Below are positions 18,921 through 28,558 of a stretch of 64,000 nt of DNA, one piece after another (position 1 is the stretch's first letter; every line of letters begins with the position of its first letter). The translations under genes were made by a program, and so were the position numbers. This DNA is from Candidatus Fervidifonticultor sextus (lineage in GTDB: Bacteria > Sysuimicrobiota > Sysuimicrobiia > Sysuimicrobiales > Humicultoraceae): the NCBI GenBank assembly GCA_031459875.1, contig JAVKHQ010000014.1, positions 1-64,000 on the forward strand. Direction: 5' to 3'. The notes under the pieces are model-generated. The model was not told the DNA's origin, did not search any database, and saw only the letters and a list, made by a program, of their open reading frames with translations.

Positions 18921-20039
18921 TCACCTCACTGCCCCGGACCGGGCGCGTCGGTAGAACGGGAGCCGCACCACCTGGGCCTGCGCCCTCTTCCCCCGGACGT
19001 CGATCTCGATGCGCGTGCCCGCTGGGGCCGCTTCCACGGAAACGTAGCCCATGCCGATCGGTCGGCGCAGCGTCGGGGCGAACGTGCCGCTGGTCACTTC
19101 GCCGATCCGCCGCGCCCCGCTCCAGATGGTGCACCCGTGGCGGGGGATCGTCCGGTCCGCGACGTCAAAGCCCACCAGCCGCCGCTTCGGACCCTCGGCC
19201 CGCTGCCGGACCAGGGCCTCGCGACCGATGAAGTCACCCTTGTCGAACTTCACCGTCCACCCCAGCGGAGCCTCCAGAGGCGACGTGGTTTCGTCGATGT
19301 CCTGCCCGTAGAGCATGAACCCGGCCTCGAGCCGCAGCGTATCCCGCGCACCCAGTCCGACCGGCACCACGCCGTGCGGCCGCCCGGCTTCCAGCAGCGC
19401 CTCCCAGACCCGCGGCGCCGCCTCCCAGGCGCACGCGATCTCAAATCCATCTTCCCCCGTGTAGCCGGTACGGGACACCGTCGTGCGGACACCGGCCAGC
19501 GGAACGTCAAAAACCATGTGAAACGCCGGCAGACGATCAAACCGGTGACCGCTGGCATCGTCCAGGACCGTTTCAGCCCGAGGCCCCTGCAGCGCCAGCA
19601 GGGCGACCTCCTCCGACACGTCGCGGACGGTCGCCGCCCCGGCGTGTTCGCGGATCCATACTAGGTCTTTGGCGCAGGTGGCCGCGTTCACCACCAGGAG
19701 GTAGGCCTGCTCACCGACCCGGAACACCGTGAGGTCGTCCACGATACCTCCCGACGACAGGCACATGGGCGAGTACAGTCCCGACCCGACGGCGAGCCGC
19801 GCTGCATCGTTGGTGATCAGGCGCTGGACCGCCGACAGCGCCTGCGGACCGTCGATGCGGATCTCGCCCATGTGCGAGACGTCGAACAAACCGGCCCGCG
19901 TCCGCACGGCCTGGTGCTCCTCCGTGATCTCGGTGTACTGCACCGGCAACTGCCACCCAGCAAACGTCACCATGCGACCGCCCGCAGCGCGGTGGGCGTC
20001 GTAGAGCGAGGTGCGACGCGGGGTCGGCTCCGCCTCCAT
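18921..20039 (-). CDS. gcvT: Aminomethyltransferase
   Basis: LFDVSHMG, RTGYTGEDGFE, GLGARDTLRLEAG. Confidence 0.95.
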   Translation of the reverse strand: MEAEPTPRRTSLYDAHRAAGGRMVTFAGWQLPVQYTEITEEHQAVRTRAGLFDVSHMGEIRIDGPQALSAVQRLITNDAARLAVGSGLYSPMCLSSGGIVDDLTVFRVGEQAYLLVVNAATCAKDLVWIREHAGAATVRDVSEEVALLALQGPRAETVLDDASGHRFDRLPAFHMVFDVPLAGVRTTVSRTGYTGEDGFEIACAWEAAPRVWEALLEAGRPHGVVPVGLGARDTLRLEAGFMLYGQDIDETTSPLEAPLGWTVKFDKGDFIGREALVRQRAEGPKRRLVGFDVADRTIPRHGCTIWSGARRIGEVTSGTFAPTLRRPIGMGYVSVEAAPAGTRIEIDVRGKRAQAQVVRLPFYRRARSGAVR

Positions 20040-20680
20040 CAGCCCTCCCGCCACCGGCTCCGGGCGGCCAGCAAGCCGATCACTTCGTCGTCTTCGATCT
20101 GCCGGAAGTCCTCGTAGAACTGCCCGACCGCATGGAACAGGGAGGGGGTGGCCAGGCAGACAACCTCGTCCGCTTCGCGGGCCAGCCGCCCCACACTCTC
20201 GGGAGGCGCCACGGGAACGGCGACCACCAGGTGCGAGGGCTCCAGGGCCCGCGCGGCGCGCAGCGCGGCGACCATGGTCGCCCCGGTCGCGATCCCGTCG
20301 TCGGTGACGATGGCGGTGTATCCGGCCATCGGCGGCAACGGCCGGCCGTTCCGGTAGACCTGGATCCGCCGGACGATCTCAGCGCGCTGCGCCTCGATCT
20401 CCTGGTCCAGGTAGGCCTGAGGAACGCCGTGGGCGATCTCTTCATCGACGAACACCGCGCCGCCCTCCGCGACCGCGCCAATGGCCAGTTCCGGGTTGAA
20501 GGGGGCGCGCAGTTTGCGCGGGACGATCACGTCCATGGGCGCCCCGAGGGCATCGGCCACCTGGCGACCGATCACCACGCCGCCGCGGGGGACCGCCAGC
20601 ACGTAGGGACGGCGCTCACGCAGGTGCACCAGGGCGGCGGCCAGTTGACGGCCTGCATCACACCGATCCCTAAACACCAT
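20039..20680 (-). CDS. Phosphoribosyltransferase family protein
   Basis: FRDRCDAG, PRGG, VTDDGIATGAT, AVGQFYEDF. Confidence 0.88.
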   Translation of the reverse strand: MVFRDRCDAGRQLAAALVHLRERRPYVLAVPRGGVVIGRQVADALGAPMDVIVPRKLRAPFNPELAIGAVAEGGAVFVDEEIAHGVPQAYLDQEIEAQRAEIVRRIQVYRNGRPLPPMAGYTAIVTDDGIATGATMVAALRAARALEPSHLVVAVPVAPPESVGRLAREADEVVCLATPSLFHAVGQFYEDFRQIEDDEVIGLLAARSRWREG

Positions 20681-20693
20681 TGCCGCGCCGTCC

Positions 20694-21161
20694 TCACGCC
20701 TCCGCGATGGCGCGCTGCTCCTCTTCCGACAACGCAAACGTCGAGCGGCCTGCGCTCACCGGCTTGGCGTAAGCCCGGGCTCCGTCACGGTCGTTGAGGA
20801 CGCTGAGAACGACACCGTCCCGCCGGGCGTCCAACAGCGCGACGGTGAAGCTCAGGTGGCCGCCCATGTCCTTGAAGGCGTCGTAGCGGACGAGGCCCAC
20901 GCGCTGGAGGGCGCGCGCCGCCTGCTCGGCCATCTTATCCGTCCGACCGGCGAGATGGTCGAGCCGCCGCGACACCTCAGCCAGTTCCCGCCCTACGGAT
21001 TCCAGGCGCTCCACGATCCTGGGGTCAGCGCCGGCGGAAGCCATCCGCCACGCCACCGTGCGCAGACGCAAGGCGAGGACGACGACCAGGGCCGCCAGCG
21101 CCACGTTGAGGAGCAGGACGTAGGGAATCAGCAGGGTGAGGGGATCAGGACCTGCGGGCAT
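20694..21161 (-). CDS. DUF4446 family membrane-anchored protein
   Basis: N-terminal TM; VRYDAF...LSFTVALLD...YAKP...LSEEE. Confidence 0.75.
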   Translation of the reverse strand: MPAGPDPLTLLIPYVLLLNVALAALVVVLALRLRTVAWRMASAGADPRIVERLESVGRELAEVSRRLDHLAGRTDKMAEQAARALQRVGLVRYDAFKDMGGHLSFTVALLDARRDGVVLSVLNDRDGARAYAKPVSAGRSTFALSEEEQRAIAEA

Positions 21162-21224
21162 CGCCCACTCTCGCCTCCGGAACCCACGATTTGTCTTCCA
21201 CGATGGCGCAAAAGACTCCTGTCC

Positions 21225-21941
21225 TCACCGCCCCAATGCCCGCGCGAGGTGGGAGAGCCACGGCGCGACCCCCTCGAGCACCACGGACACCACCAGGGCC
21301 GGCACCAGATTGCCCACACGGATCCGCCGGATCTGCAGGATGCCCAGGCCCAACCCGACAATCAGCACGCCGCCGGTCGCCGTGAGTTCCCGCGTCATGG
21401 CGGGCGACAACCCGCCCTGCAGCGCGCCGGCGGCCAGGGTCATCGCGCCCTGATAGACGAACACCGTGACCGCAGACAAAAGCACCCCCGCCCCCAGCGC
21501 CGCCCCGATGGCCACTGCCGAGATGCCGTCCAGCATCGATTTCGTATAGAGCAGCACAGGAGGCTGCCCCAGGCCGTCCTGAATCGCCCCGAGCACGGCC
21601 ATCGGCCCCACGCAGAACAGCAGGCTGCTCGTCACGAAGGCCGCCGCGCCCGTCTGCGTCTCGCCCGCTGCCCCCACGCGTCGCTCGGCCCAGCGGCTGA
21701 GGATCTCGATGCCGTCCTCAATGTGGAGGGCTTCGCCGATCACGCCACCTGCGACCAGACTCACGATCACACCGAGGACATTCTGGGTCTGCAGGGCCAT
21801 CTGCATCCCGATGAGCAACGTGGCCAGGCCGATGCCCATCATGACGGTCTCCCGTATCCGATCCGGGATACGCCGCCGCAGCAGCAGACCGGCGGAACCC
21901 CCGGCGAGCACGGCCACGGTGTTGACGATGGTCCCCTGCAT
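21225..21941 (-). CDS. DUF554 membrane protein
   Basis: GTIVN, SLLFCVGPMA, KSMLDG. Confidence 0.85.
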   Translation of the reverse strand: MQGTIVNTVAVLAGGSAGLLLRRRIPDRIRETVMMGIGLATLLIGMQMALQTQNVLGVIVSLVAGGVIGEALHIEDGIEILSRWAERRVGAAGETQTGAAAFVTSSLLFCVGPMAVLGAIQDGLGQPPVLLYTKSMLDGISAVAIGAALGAGVLLSAVTVFVYQGAMTLAAGALQGGLSPAMTRELTATGGVLIVGLGLGILQIRRIRVGNLVPALVVSVVLEGVAPWLSHLARALGR

Positions 21942-21978
21942 CCCGAATGCCCCCGGCGGCTCTGGGTGCCGCCGTCGC

Positions 21979-22584
21979 TCAGGCGCCCGGCTCCCCAGGC
22001 CTGCCGTCTAGATCCAGTTCGTCGGCGATCCCCCGCATCGCCTCAACGACGACCGCCACGTGCTCGTCGAAGGGCACGCCCAGCGACTCGGCGGCGCGCA
22101 CGAGTTCGTCGCGGCGTACTGCGCGCGCGAATGCCTTGTCCCTCATCTTGCGGCGCACCGCCGGCGGATCGACCTCGTGCAGGCTCCGGGACGGCCGCAC
22201 CAGCGCGACGGCGACGATGAACCCGGTCAGTTCGTCACAGGCATGCAGGGCGTGCTCCATCCTGGACCGTCTGGGGACGCCGGTGTAATCGGCATGCGAG
22301 AGGATCGCCCGGCAGACCACCTCGGGATAGCCGAGCGACCGAAGGTGCTCTACCCCGCGGAAGGGGTGCCCCGCCTCCTGAGAGGGATAGCGCTCATAGT
22401 CGAGGTCATGGAGCAGCCCGACTAACCCCCACAGGTGCTCGTCCTCGCCAAACCGCCGGGCGTAACCGCGCATGGCTGCTTCCACCGCCAGCATGTGCTT
22501 GCGGAGGTTGGCGTTGGGAGTCCACTCACAGAGGAGCGCCCAGGCAGCTTCTCGGGAAGGCAGGGTTACCGCGGGATCCGTCAT
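21979..22584 (-). CDS. HD(IG)-domain phosphohydrolase
   Basis: KHMLAVE, GLLHDLDYE, ILSHA, CDELTG. Confidence 0.85.
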   Translation of the reverse strand: MTDPAVTLPSREAAWALLCEWTPNANLRKHMLAVEAAMRGYARRFGEDEHLWGLVGLLHDLDYERYPSQEAGHPFRGVEHLRSLGYPEVVCRAILSHADYTGVPRRSRMEHALHACDELTGFIVAVALVRPSRSLHEVDPPAVRRKMRDKAFARAVRRDELVRAAESLGVPFDEHVAVVVEAMRGIADELDLDGRPGEPGA

Positions 22585-23507
22585 CTCATGGGCTCCCGAC
22601 GGCTCATGAGGAGGTCCACCAGGCGCTCAAGATCTTCGATAGAGAAGAAAGTAATACGAATCTCTCCCCGGCCCTTGCCCCTCACGTCCACCTTGATCGG
22701 CGTACCTAGTCTATCTTGAAGAGATTGTTGAATAATGAGTATTTCTCCACTGATGCCACGCGGCCGACGCCGGCGTATTTCACGTGAAATAGCAGCACGC
22801 CGCGCTGCGACTTCTGTGGCCCTGACTGACAGTCCCCTAGACTCCACCTGCCTCCACACTTGCAACAGCCGCCCCTGGTCCTGAAGGGTCAGCAGAGCTC
22901 TGGCGTGCCCTTCACTGATCCTGCCGGCCTCCAGAGACGCCTGCACCTCCCCGGGAAGTGAGAGCAACCTGAGCGTGTTGGCCACGGAAGGCTGACTCCG
23001 ACCGACCCGTCTGGCTACATCCTCCTGGCTCAGCCCGAAGTCCTCAATCAATCGCCGGTAGGCACGCGCCCGTTCCAGGGGACCAAGGTCCTCCCTCTGC
23101 AGGTTTTCGACCAGGGCAGCCTCAAGAGCACTACGGTCGTCCAGGTGGCGAACCATGGCCGGGACTGTCCTGAGGCCAGCGGCAACGGCGGCCCTCCATC
23201 GTCGCTCACCCGCTACCAACTCATAATCCTCTCCGGATGGGCGGACCAGCACGGGCTGGAGGACACCGTGCTCTCGGATAGAAGCCTGAAGCTCCGACAG
23301 AGGCTCGCTGCCGAATGCCGTGCGGGGTTGGAGAGTGTTGGGTCGGATCCGATCCACCGGGATCTCGACGACGCCCTGGTCCGGTGTGAGGTCCGCACCG
23401 GGAATGAGTGCGCCGAGCCCCCGGCCGAGGGCACGACGCGCACCGGGCTGGCCTGGCAATCTTGGTCGACCCTCCCCATCAGAGGGTCGCGGAGGGCTGT
23501 CGGCCAC
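22581..23507 (-). CDS. parB: Chromosome partitioning protein ParB/Spo0J
   Basis: LGRGL, AGERRWRA, ENLQREDL, HTH. Confidence 0.95.
   Translation of the reverse strand: MADSPPRPSDGEGRPRLPGQPGARRALGRGLGALIPGADLTPDQGVVEIPVDRIRPNTLQPRTAFGSEPLSELQASIREHGVLQPVLVRPSGEDYELVAGERRWRAAVAAGLRTVPAMVRHLDDRSALEAALVENLQREDLGPLERARAYRRLIEDFGLSQEDVARRVGRSQPSVANTLRLLSLPGEVQASLEAGRISEGHARALLTLQDQGRLLQVWRQVESRGLSVRATEVAARRAAISREIRRRRPRGISGEILIIQQSLQDRLGTPIKVDVRGKGRGEIRITFFSIEDLERLVDLLMSRREPMR
22776..22791. promoter_or_regulatory. parS site inside parB
   Basis: Perfect palindrome TATTTCACGTGAAATA vs consensus TGTTTCACGTGAAACA. Confidence 0.85.
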
Positions 23508-24279
23508 GGGCGATCACCTCCTGGGCAAGGGCGTGATAGGCCTGAGCGCCCCGCGAGGTCGGGTCGTAGAGAGTGATGGGCTTTCCATGACTGGGCGCCT
23601 CGGCCAGCCGTACGCTCCGCGGGATCACCGAGTCGTAAACCCGGTCGCCGAAGAACCGACGGACCTCGGCCACCACCTGGTCTGAAAGATTGGTACGAGA
23701 GTCGTACATGGTGAGCAGAACCCCGCCGATCTGCAGTGAGGGATTCACGTGCCGGCGCACGAGTTCAATAGAGTGGAGCAGCTGCTTTAGGCCCTCCAGG
23801 GCGTAGTACTCGCACTGGATCGGGATGAGCACTTCGGTGGCCGCGGACAGCGCGTTGACGGTCAACAGCCCCAGAGAAGGGGGGCAGTCCAGTAGCACGT
23901 CGGGGTAATCTGCGGGCTCCAGCGCCCTTCTGAGCCGGATTTCGGCATCTTCCACACCAGCCAGCTCCACCTCGGCGCCCGCCAGGTGCACGGTGCTGGG
24001 TGCCACGTCCAGATCTGGAACCGGCGACGGGAGGACGATCTCGGCCAGATCCACCCCGTTCAGCAAGACATCGTACATCGTCTTGCGGATTCGCGTCCGA
24101 TCGATTCCCAGGCCGCTGGTCGAATTACCCTGGGGATCCAGATCGACCAGCAGCGTCCGGCACCCGGCGGCTGCCAGGCAGGCGCCGAGATTGACGGCGG
24201 TCGTGGACTTGCCCACGCCGCCCTTCTGGTTTGCGATGGCAACGACGCGCCGCACGTCCCTGGACGGATCATTCGGCAC
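23479..24279 (-). CDS. parA: ParA/Soj ATPase
   Basis: NQKGGVGKST, DLDPQGN, DCPPSLG. Confidence 0.95.
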   Translation of the reverse strand: MPNDPSRDVRRVVAIANQKGGVGKSTTAVNLGACLAAAGCRTLLVDLDPQGNSTSGLGIDRTRIRKTMYDVLLNGVDLAEIVLPSPVPDLDVAPSTVHLAGAEVELAGVEDAEIRLRRALEPADYPDVLLDCPPSLGLLTVNALSAATEVLIPIQCEYYALEGLKQLLHSIELVRRHVNPSLQIGGVLLTMYDSRTNLSDQVVAEVRRFFGDRVYDSVIPRSVRLAEAPSHGKPITLYDPTSRGAQAYHALAQEVIARGRQPSATL

Positions 24280-24329
24280 GGACCCGGGTTCTTCCCGCCG
24301 TTCCCCCTGGCCAGAAACCAGACCGCCGC

Positions 24330-25046
24330 TTACGGAGGCCTGCCCAACCGCTTCGCGGCTCTGGGGTAGCCAGCCGGCGTGGGATTCTGCTTGCGCAGCA
24401 CCAGCACGACGCTCTCGTGCTCGCTGTGGGGAAGCACGCGACGGGTGAGGCGCTCAACCGAGCCACCAAGGACGTCAATCAGCGGTTCGGCCGACCGTAC
24501 CTCACCGAAAACCGTCAGGCCCTTGAGCAGGACCGCCTGCCCGCCCACCCGCAGGAGCGGGAGGCACAGTTCCACCGACACGGCGAGCCGGGCCACGGCC
24601 CGCTCAACGGCCATCGTGAAGGCCTCGCGGAATCCCTGCTGGTGCGCCAGGATCTCCGCACGGCCCCACTCGATGCGTAGATCGTTCAGGGCCAGGGTGT
24701 TGCGGACGTGCTCAAGGAACGCCACGCGCCGCCGGGAGGCTTCGATGAGCGTCACGCGGAGGTCGCAGCGGGCGATCTTGATCGGAACGCCTGGGAACCC
24801 CGCGCCCGAACCCACGTCGACGACGTCGCAGGAATCCGGAAAGCCAATTACCCCAAGCAGAACCAGCGAATCGAGCATGTGCCGCGAGACAACCTCGAGG
24901 TCGTCGGTCGCAGCCGTGAGGTTCAGCCGCCGCTTCCACCGGCGGATCTCCCGAAGGTACCATTCGAACTGCAGGAGGGCCGTTGGGGAAAGGTCCAGCC
25001 CCAGGTCTGAAGCCCCCTCCCGAAGGCGGACAAGCGGATCACTCAG
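24330..25046 (-). CDS. rsmG: 16S rRNA m7G527 methyltransferase (start probably non-canonical)
   Basis: WKRRLNLTA, HMLDS, DVGSGAGFPG, GRAE, YPR; position between jag and parA. Confidence 0.88.
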   Translation of the reverse strand: MSDPLVRLREGASDLGLDLSPTALLQFEWYLREIRRWKRRLNLTAATDDLEVVSRHMLDSLVLLGVIGFPDSCDVVDVGSGAGFPGVPIKIARCDLRVTLIEASRRRVAFLEHVRNTLALNDLRIEWGRAEILAHQQGFREAFTMAVERAVARLAVSVELCLPLLRVGGQAVLLKGLTVFGEVRSAEPLIDVLGGSVERLTRRVLPHSEHESVVLVLRKQNPTPAGYPRAAKRLGRPP

Positions 25047-25717
25047 GTCTCGTCGGTCGATCCGGACTCCTCATCGGCCTCTTCCTGCGCTGACGACTTT
25101 TCCATCCTGGGGACGACCACGACGTACCGGAGGTCTTCCTCGCCTTCGCTGGCCGTCGTGACCTCAGGATGCCCGCGAAGCGCCAGGTGGACAATCCGTC
25201 GCTCCCGGGGATCCATCGGTTCCAGGGCTACGGGTCGCTTCTCGCGGGCGGCCGTCGTGGCGGCGCGGTGGGCCTCGGCAACCAACGCCGCCTCACGGCG
25301 CTTCCTGTAGCCGGCGGTATCCACGAGCACCGGGGTCTTCAGCCCATAGCGCCGCTGGAGGTGGACCGTCAGCAGCAACTCCAGCGCGTCCAGCGTCCGG
25401 CCTCGTCTACCGATAAGGACCCCGGAAGGCTGGCTGGCCACTTCCACCGCCATGGCGTCGGGACCTTCGTTCACGCGCACGGATGCCGAATACCCCATGA
25501 GGGTGAGGACAGTCAGCGCGAATTTCCTGGCCGCCTCTGCAGGTGATGGTCTCGGCGTGACGCGCACGCGTGCACCGCGGCCGCCAAACCCGAGGATCGC
25601 AGGACGCGGATCCTCAAGAACCTCCACATCGACCAAGTGGCGCCCCACCCCGAGGATCAGAAGCGCGTTCTCGATGGCTTCTTCAATGGTGCGTCCCGTT
25701 CCTTCCACGGCGCTCAC
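25043..25717 (-). CDS. jag: Jag/EloR/KhpB RNA-binding protein
   Basis: GRTIEEAI, LIGRRGRTLDAL (KH), ERRIVH (R3H). Confidence 0.9.
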   Translation of the reverse strand: MSAVEGTGRTIEEAIENALLILGVGRHLVDVEVLEDPRPAILGFGGRGARVRVTPRPSPAEAARKFALTVLTLMGYSASVRVNEGPDAMAVEVASQPSGVLIGRRGRTLDALELLLTVHLQRRYGLKTPVLVDTAGYRKRREAALVAEAHRAATTAAREKRPVALEPMDPRERRIVHLALRGHPEVTTASEGEEDLRYVVVVPRMEKSSAQEEADEESGSTDET

Positions 25718-26499
25718 GGCGCTGTCCGGGACTCGTCCTGGCGTCGCAGCCGCATCCTTGCGCGGCGACCTCTCGGAGGCGCGACCCCCACCCGTTTGGG
25801 CCTTCCGACCACGCTCAAGTATTCGACCATGTAAACCACCGTCGAAACGATCCAGTACACCGAGAGGCCCGTGGGAAACTGAAGCGAGAACCACGCAAAG
25901 ATAATGGGCATAAAAACGAACATTCTCGCCTGCTGCGGATCGGTGATGGACATCTGTTGCTGTATGAACGTGGTCAGCCCGGCCAGGATTGGGACCAACG
26001 CATAAAGCGGGAACCGGCGAATGACATCGAGGGTCGGAGAGGTGGCCAGGCTCAGACCGGCAAACCCCGAGCAAATTCGCGCGGTCGCGCACAGATCCTC
26101 GGCAAGTTGCGCTGAATAGCCTTTCTCGATGACGATCCAGAACGACATGGCATCGTAGAACAGGGGTTCCCGAAGCAGCGCGAACAGCGCCCACAGAATC
26201 GGCAGCTGGAGGAGCATTGGGAGGCACCCGCCCAGCGGGTTGGCCTTGTTGGCCCTGTAGAGGTTCATGACCTCGATGTTGAACTGGCGGGGATCCTTGC
26301 CGTACTTGCGTTTCAGCACTTCAATCTGCGGCGCCAGGGCCTGCATGATCTTCATGGACTTGAGCTGCTTGCGCGTCAAGGGGTGCAAGACCAGCTTGAC
26401 GGCCACCGTGAGGAGGACAATCGCCCACCCCCAGCTCCCCGTCAGGTGGTAGAAAAACCGGAGCACATCGCCAAGGACCTGGGCGATTGGAGCAATCAC
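25714..26499 (-). CDS. yidC: Membrane protein insertase YidC
   Basis: WGWAIVLLT, NPLGGCLPMLLQLPI. Confidence 0.93.
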   Translation of the reverse strand: MIAPIAQVLGDVLRFFYHLTGSWGWAIVLLTVAVKLVLHPLTRKQLKSMKIMQALAPQIEVLKRKYGKDPRQFNIEVMNLYRANKANPLGGCLPMLLQLPILWALFALLREPLFYDAMSFWIVIEKGYSAQLAEDLCATARICSGFAGLSLATSPTLDVIRRFPLYALVPILAGLTTFIQQQMSITDPQQARMFVFMPIIFAWFSLQFPTGLSVYWIVSTVVYMVEYLSVVGRPKRVGVAPPRGRRARMRLRRQDESRTAP

Positions 26500-26511
26500 A
26501 AGGGCTCCCCC

Positions 26512-26721
26512 TCAGGGAACCGGATCGTACCCACCCGGGTGCAGCGGGTGACACCGGAGGATGCGCCGCACGGCCAACCAGACCCCGTGCACTGGACCGT
26601 AACGCTCTATCGCCTCAGCGGCATAGGCAGAACAGGACGGAAAATAACGGCACGCACGAGGGAGGAACGGTGAGATCAACCGTCTGTACACCCAGATCAC
26701 TGCCAGCAACACACGCGTCAT
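26512..26721 (-). CDS. yidD: Membrane insertion efficiency factor
   Basis: [10 protein letters not shown]...[14 protein letters not shown]. Confidence 0.93.
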   Translation of the reverse strand: MTRVLLAVIWVYRRLISPFLPRACRYFPSCSAYAAEAIERYGPVHGVWLAVRRILRCHPLHPGGYDPVP

Positions 26722-26725
26722 GGGG

Positions 26726-27088
26726 CTATTCGTCCTCCGGACCGTCCCCGAGCAACCCTGCCGCTTCAAGCGCCTGCCGGATCGCCGCGCGGAGGCTGGC
26801 AGGCACAGCCGCCCCAGCCGACGCCCGCGGTACGATCACCAGATCCACCCCAAAGCGAACCTGGCCGCAGATCTCTCGCACGGCCTCACGCAACCGGCGG
26901 CGCAACCGGTTCCGCGCTACCGCATGCCCGAGGCGCCGGCCGACAGCCAGGCCCAGACGAACCCCCCGATGCTGGTCAGGGCGCGCATAAAGCACCAATA
27001 GCGCTGTCGAGCAACGGAATCCTTCGCGGTAGACGCGGCGGAAGTCGTGTTCCTTCGCGAGCCGCCCGAGCGGGCGCGCGGATGCCAT
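26726..27088 (-). CDS. rnpA: Ribonuclease P protein
   Basis: [16 protein letters not shown] motif. Confidence 0.93.
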   Translation of the reverse strand: MASARPLGRLAKEHDFRRVYREGFRCSTALLVLYARPDQHRGVRLGLAVGRRLGHAVARNRLRRRLREAVREICGQVRFGVDLVIVPRASAGAAVPASLRAAIRQALEAAGLLGDGPEDE

Positions 27089-27091
27089 CCG

Positions 27092-27232
27092 CTATCCGGA
27101 GACGGTCAGCCGGTGCCTCCCCTTGGCGCGACGGCGCTTCAACGTTCGCCGACCGCCGGGCGTGCGCATCCTGCCCAGAAACCCGTGTACCCGTCTCCGC
27201 GGGTGCTTCTTGGGTTGATAAGTGCGTTTCAC
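27092..27232 (-). CDS. rpmH: 50S ribosomal protein L34
   Basis: [21 protein letters not shown]. Confidence 0.95.
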   Translation of the reverse strand: MKRTYQPKKHPRRRVHGFLGRMRTPGGRRTLKRRRAKGRHRLTVSG

Positions 27233-27257
27233 CAAACCCCCCCCCAGCGCACGGCCT

Positions 27258-27286
27258 ACTATAACACAGACCCCGGAACCCAGCAA
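27258..27286 (-). promoter_or_regulatory. Sigma70-type rpmH promoter
   Basis: TTGCTG-17 bp-TATAGT with extended TG. Confidence 0.6.
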
Positions 27287-27373
27287 CGGCCGGACGTAGT
27301 CAGACACGGCGTTGACCGTTCTCGTCGTGCTCCCTTCGGCCTTCTGTGAGCAGGTTGTGAGCAACCCGCTATC

Positions 27374-27605
27374 TTGTCCACATTTTGCGTCACGGACGTA
27401 CGCTGACATTGTTACGAGCCACGTACCCATTGATCCATGCCGCTCAAGTTATTCGCAGCCGGTCCGACGTTATCCACAAAGTTCTCCACACCTGTGGATA
27501 ACCGCCGGAAACGGCTTCCCGCGAGGGTTTACGCAAACGCTCTTCCCAAGAGGAGAACCCGCACAGACCTCGAAACTTCAATCTAGCCGCCCCGTGTTGT
27601 CCACA
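27374..27605. promoter_or_regulatory. DnaA-box cluster (oriC left part)
   Basis: TTATCCACA 27470-78, TTCTCCACA 27482-90, TGTGGATAA 27493-501, TTGTCCACA 27374-82 and 27597-605. Confidence 0.85.
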
Positions 27606-27722
27606 GGGATGCCACACCGCTGACCGCCCGGGGGTTGGCGTGAAAAGTCTCCCCCGAGAGGCTTCTCCGGTAGGAGTCCCACCCGGTGCGGCCAACTATC
27701 GTCTGCGCACGCCAGGAACACC

Positions 27723-28514
27723 ATGTCGATACGAGAACTGATCGCGCGCCTGATCGAAGAGCAGCGTGGCACCCTGTTGCCCGACGGCGACGAGGGCCCG
27801 GAGGTGCGATTGGCAGTCTACGATTCATCCCTGGCCGCCCCGCAGGTCAGTTCGCTGCGTGGAGAAGACTTTCACTCCCTTGTCGGCGAACTGGCCGCCC
27901 GCACCTATGCGGTATCCCGAGAACGCGGTGGGCGTGTTCCCTATGTCGTCATTCGCGAAGTTGTGGAGAACCTCATCCACGCGTATTTCCGTAACGCGAC
28001 CATTACGGTCCTGGACGACGGAAACACAATCCGCATCGCCGACCAGGGACCCGGAATCACCGACAAGGAACGTGCGTTGCTCCCAGGTTTTTCCACCGCC
28101 ACCGCCGAGATGCGCCGGTACATCCGGGGCGTCGGCAGTGGCCTGCCCGTAGCCAAAGAACAGATGTCGTTTCTGGGCGGATCATTGACCATCGAAGACA
28201 ATCTCGCCCACGGCACGGTGGTGACGCTTACCGTCCGACGTGACAGCCCACCACCTACATCCGCACCTACGGAGATCCCTGTTCGCCGTCATCCCGAAGT
28301 CACATCCCGCCGAAAGAAAGTCCTGTTATTGATCGCCGAATTGGGAGCAGCAGGCCCGACGATCATTGCCAAAGAACTCGACATCAGCCATAGCACCGCA
28401 TATCGTGAACTTCAGGCGCTCCAATCTCTTGGTCTTATTACCGGAAAAGGACGTGGTAAGCGCACGCTGACCGAGGAAGGTATCGCTTTCCTGGACGTGG
28501 TCTTCAAAACCTAG
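27723..28514 (+). CDS. GHKL (HATPase_c) ATP-binding domain fused to C-terminal winged HTH
   Basis: N box [11 protein letters not shown]1 DQGPGI, F box GFST, G2 GVGSGL, GTVVTL; Pro linker; [26 protein letters not shown] wHTH. Confidence 0.85.
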   Translation: MSIRELIARLIEEQRGTLLPDGDEGPEVRLAVYDSSLAAPQVSSLRGEDFHSLVGELAARTYAVSRERGGRVPYVVIREVVENLIHAYFRNATITVLDDGNTIRIADQGPGITDKERALLPGFSTATAEMRRYIRGVGSGLPVAKEQMSFLGGSLTIEDNLAHGTVVTLTVRRDSPPPTSAPTEIPVRRHPEVTSRRKKVLLLIAELGAAGPTIIAKELDISHSTAYRELQALQSLGLITGKGRGKRTLTEEGIAFLDVVFKT

Positions 28515-28558
28515 CCGTCCACAGACAGGTTTCGAAAATACGAGAAAAGGAGCACATC

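Noticed and set aside
20039..20700. Glycine riboswitch expected upstream of gcvT
   Set aside because: gcvT start overlaps the upstream PRT stop; there is no leader
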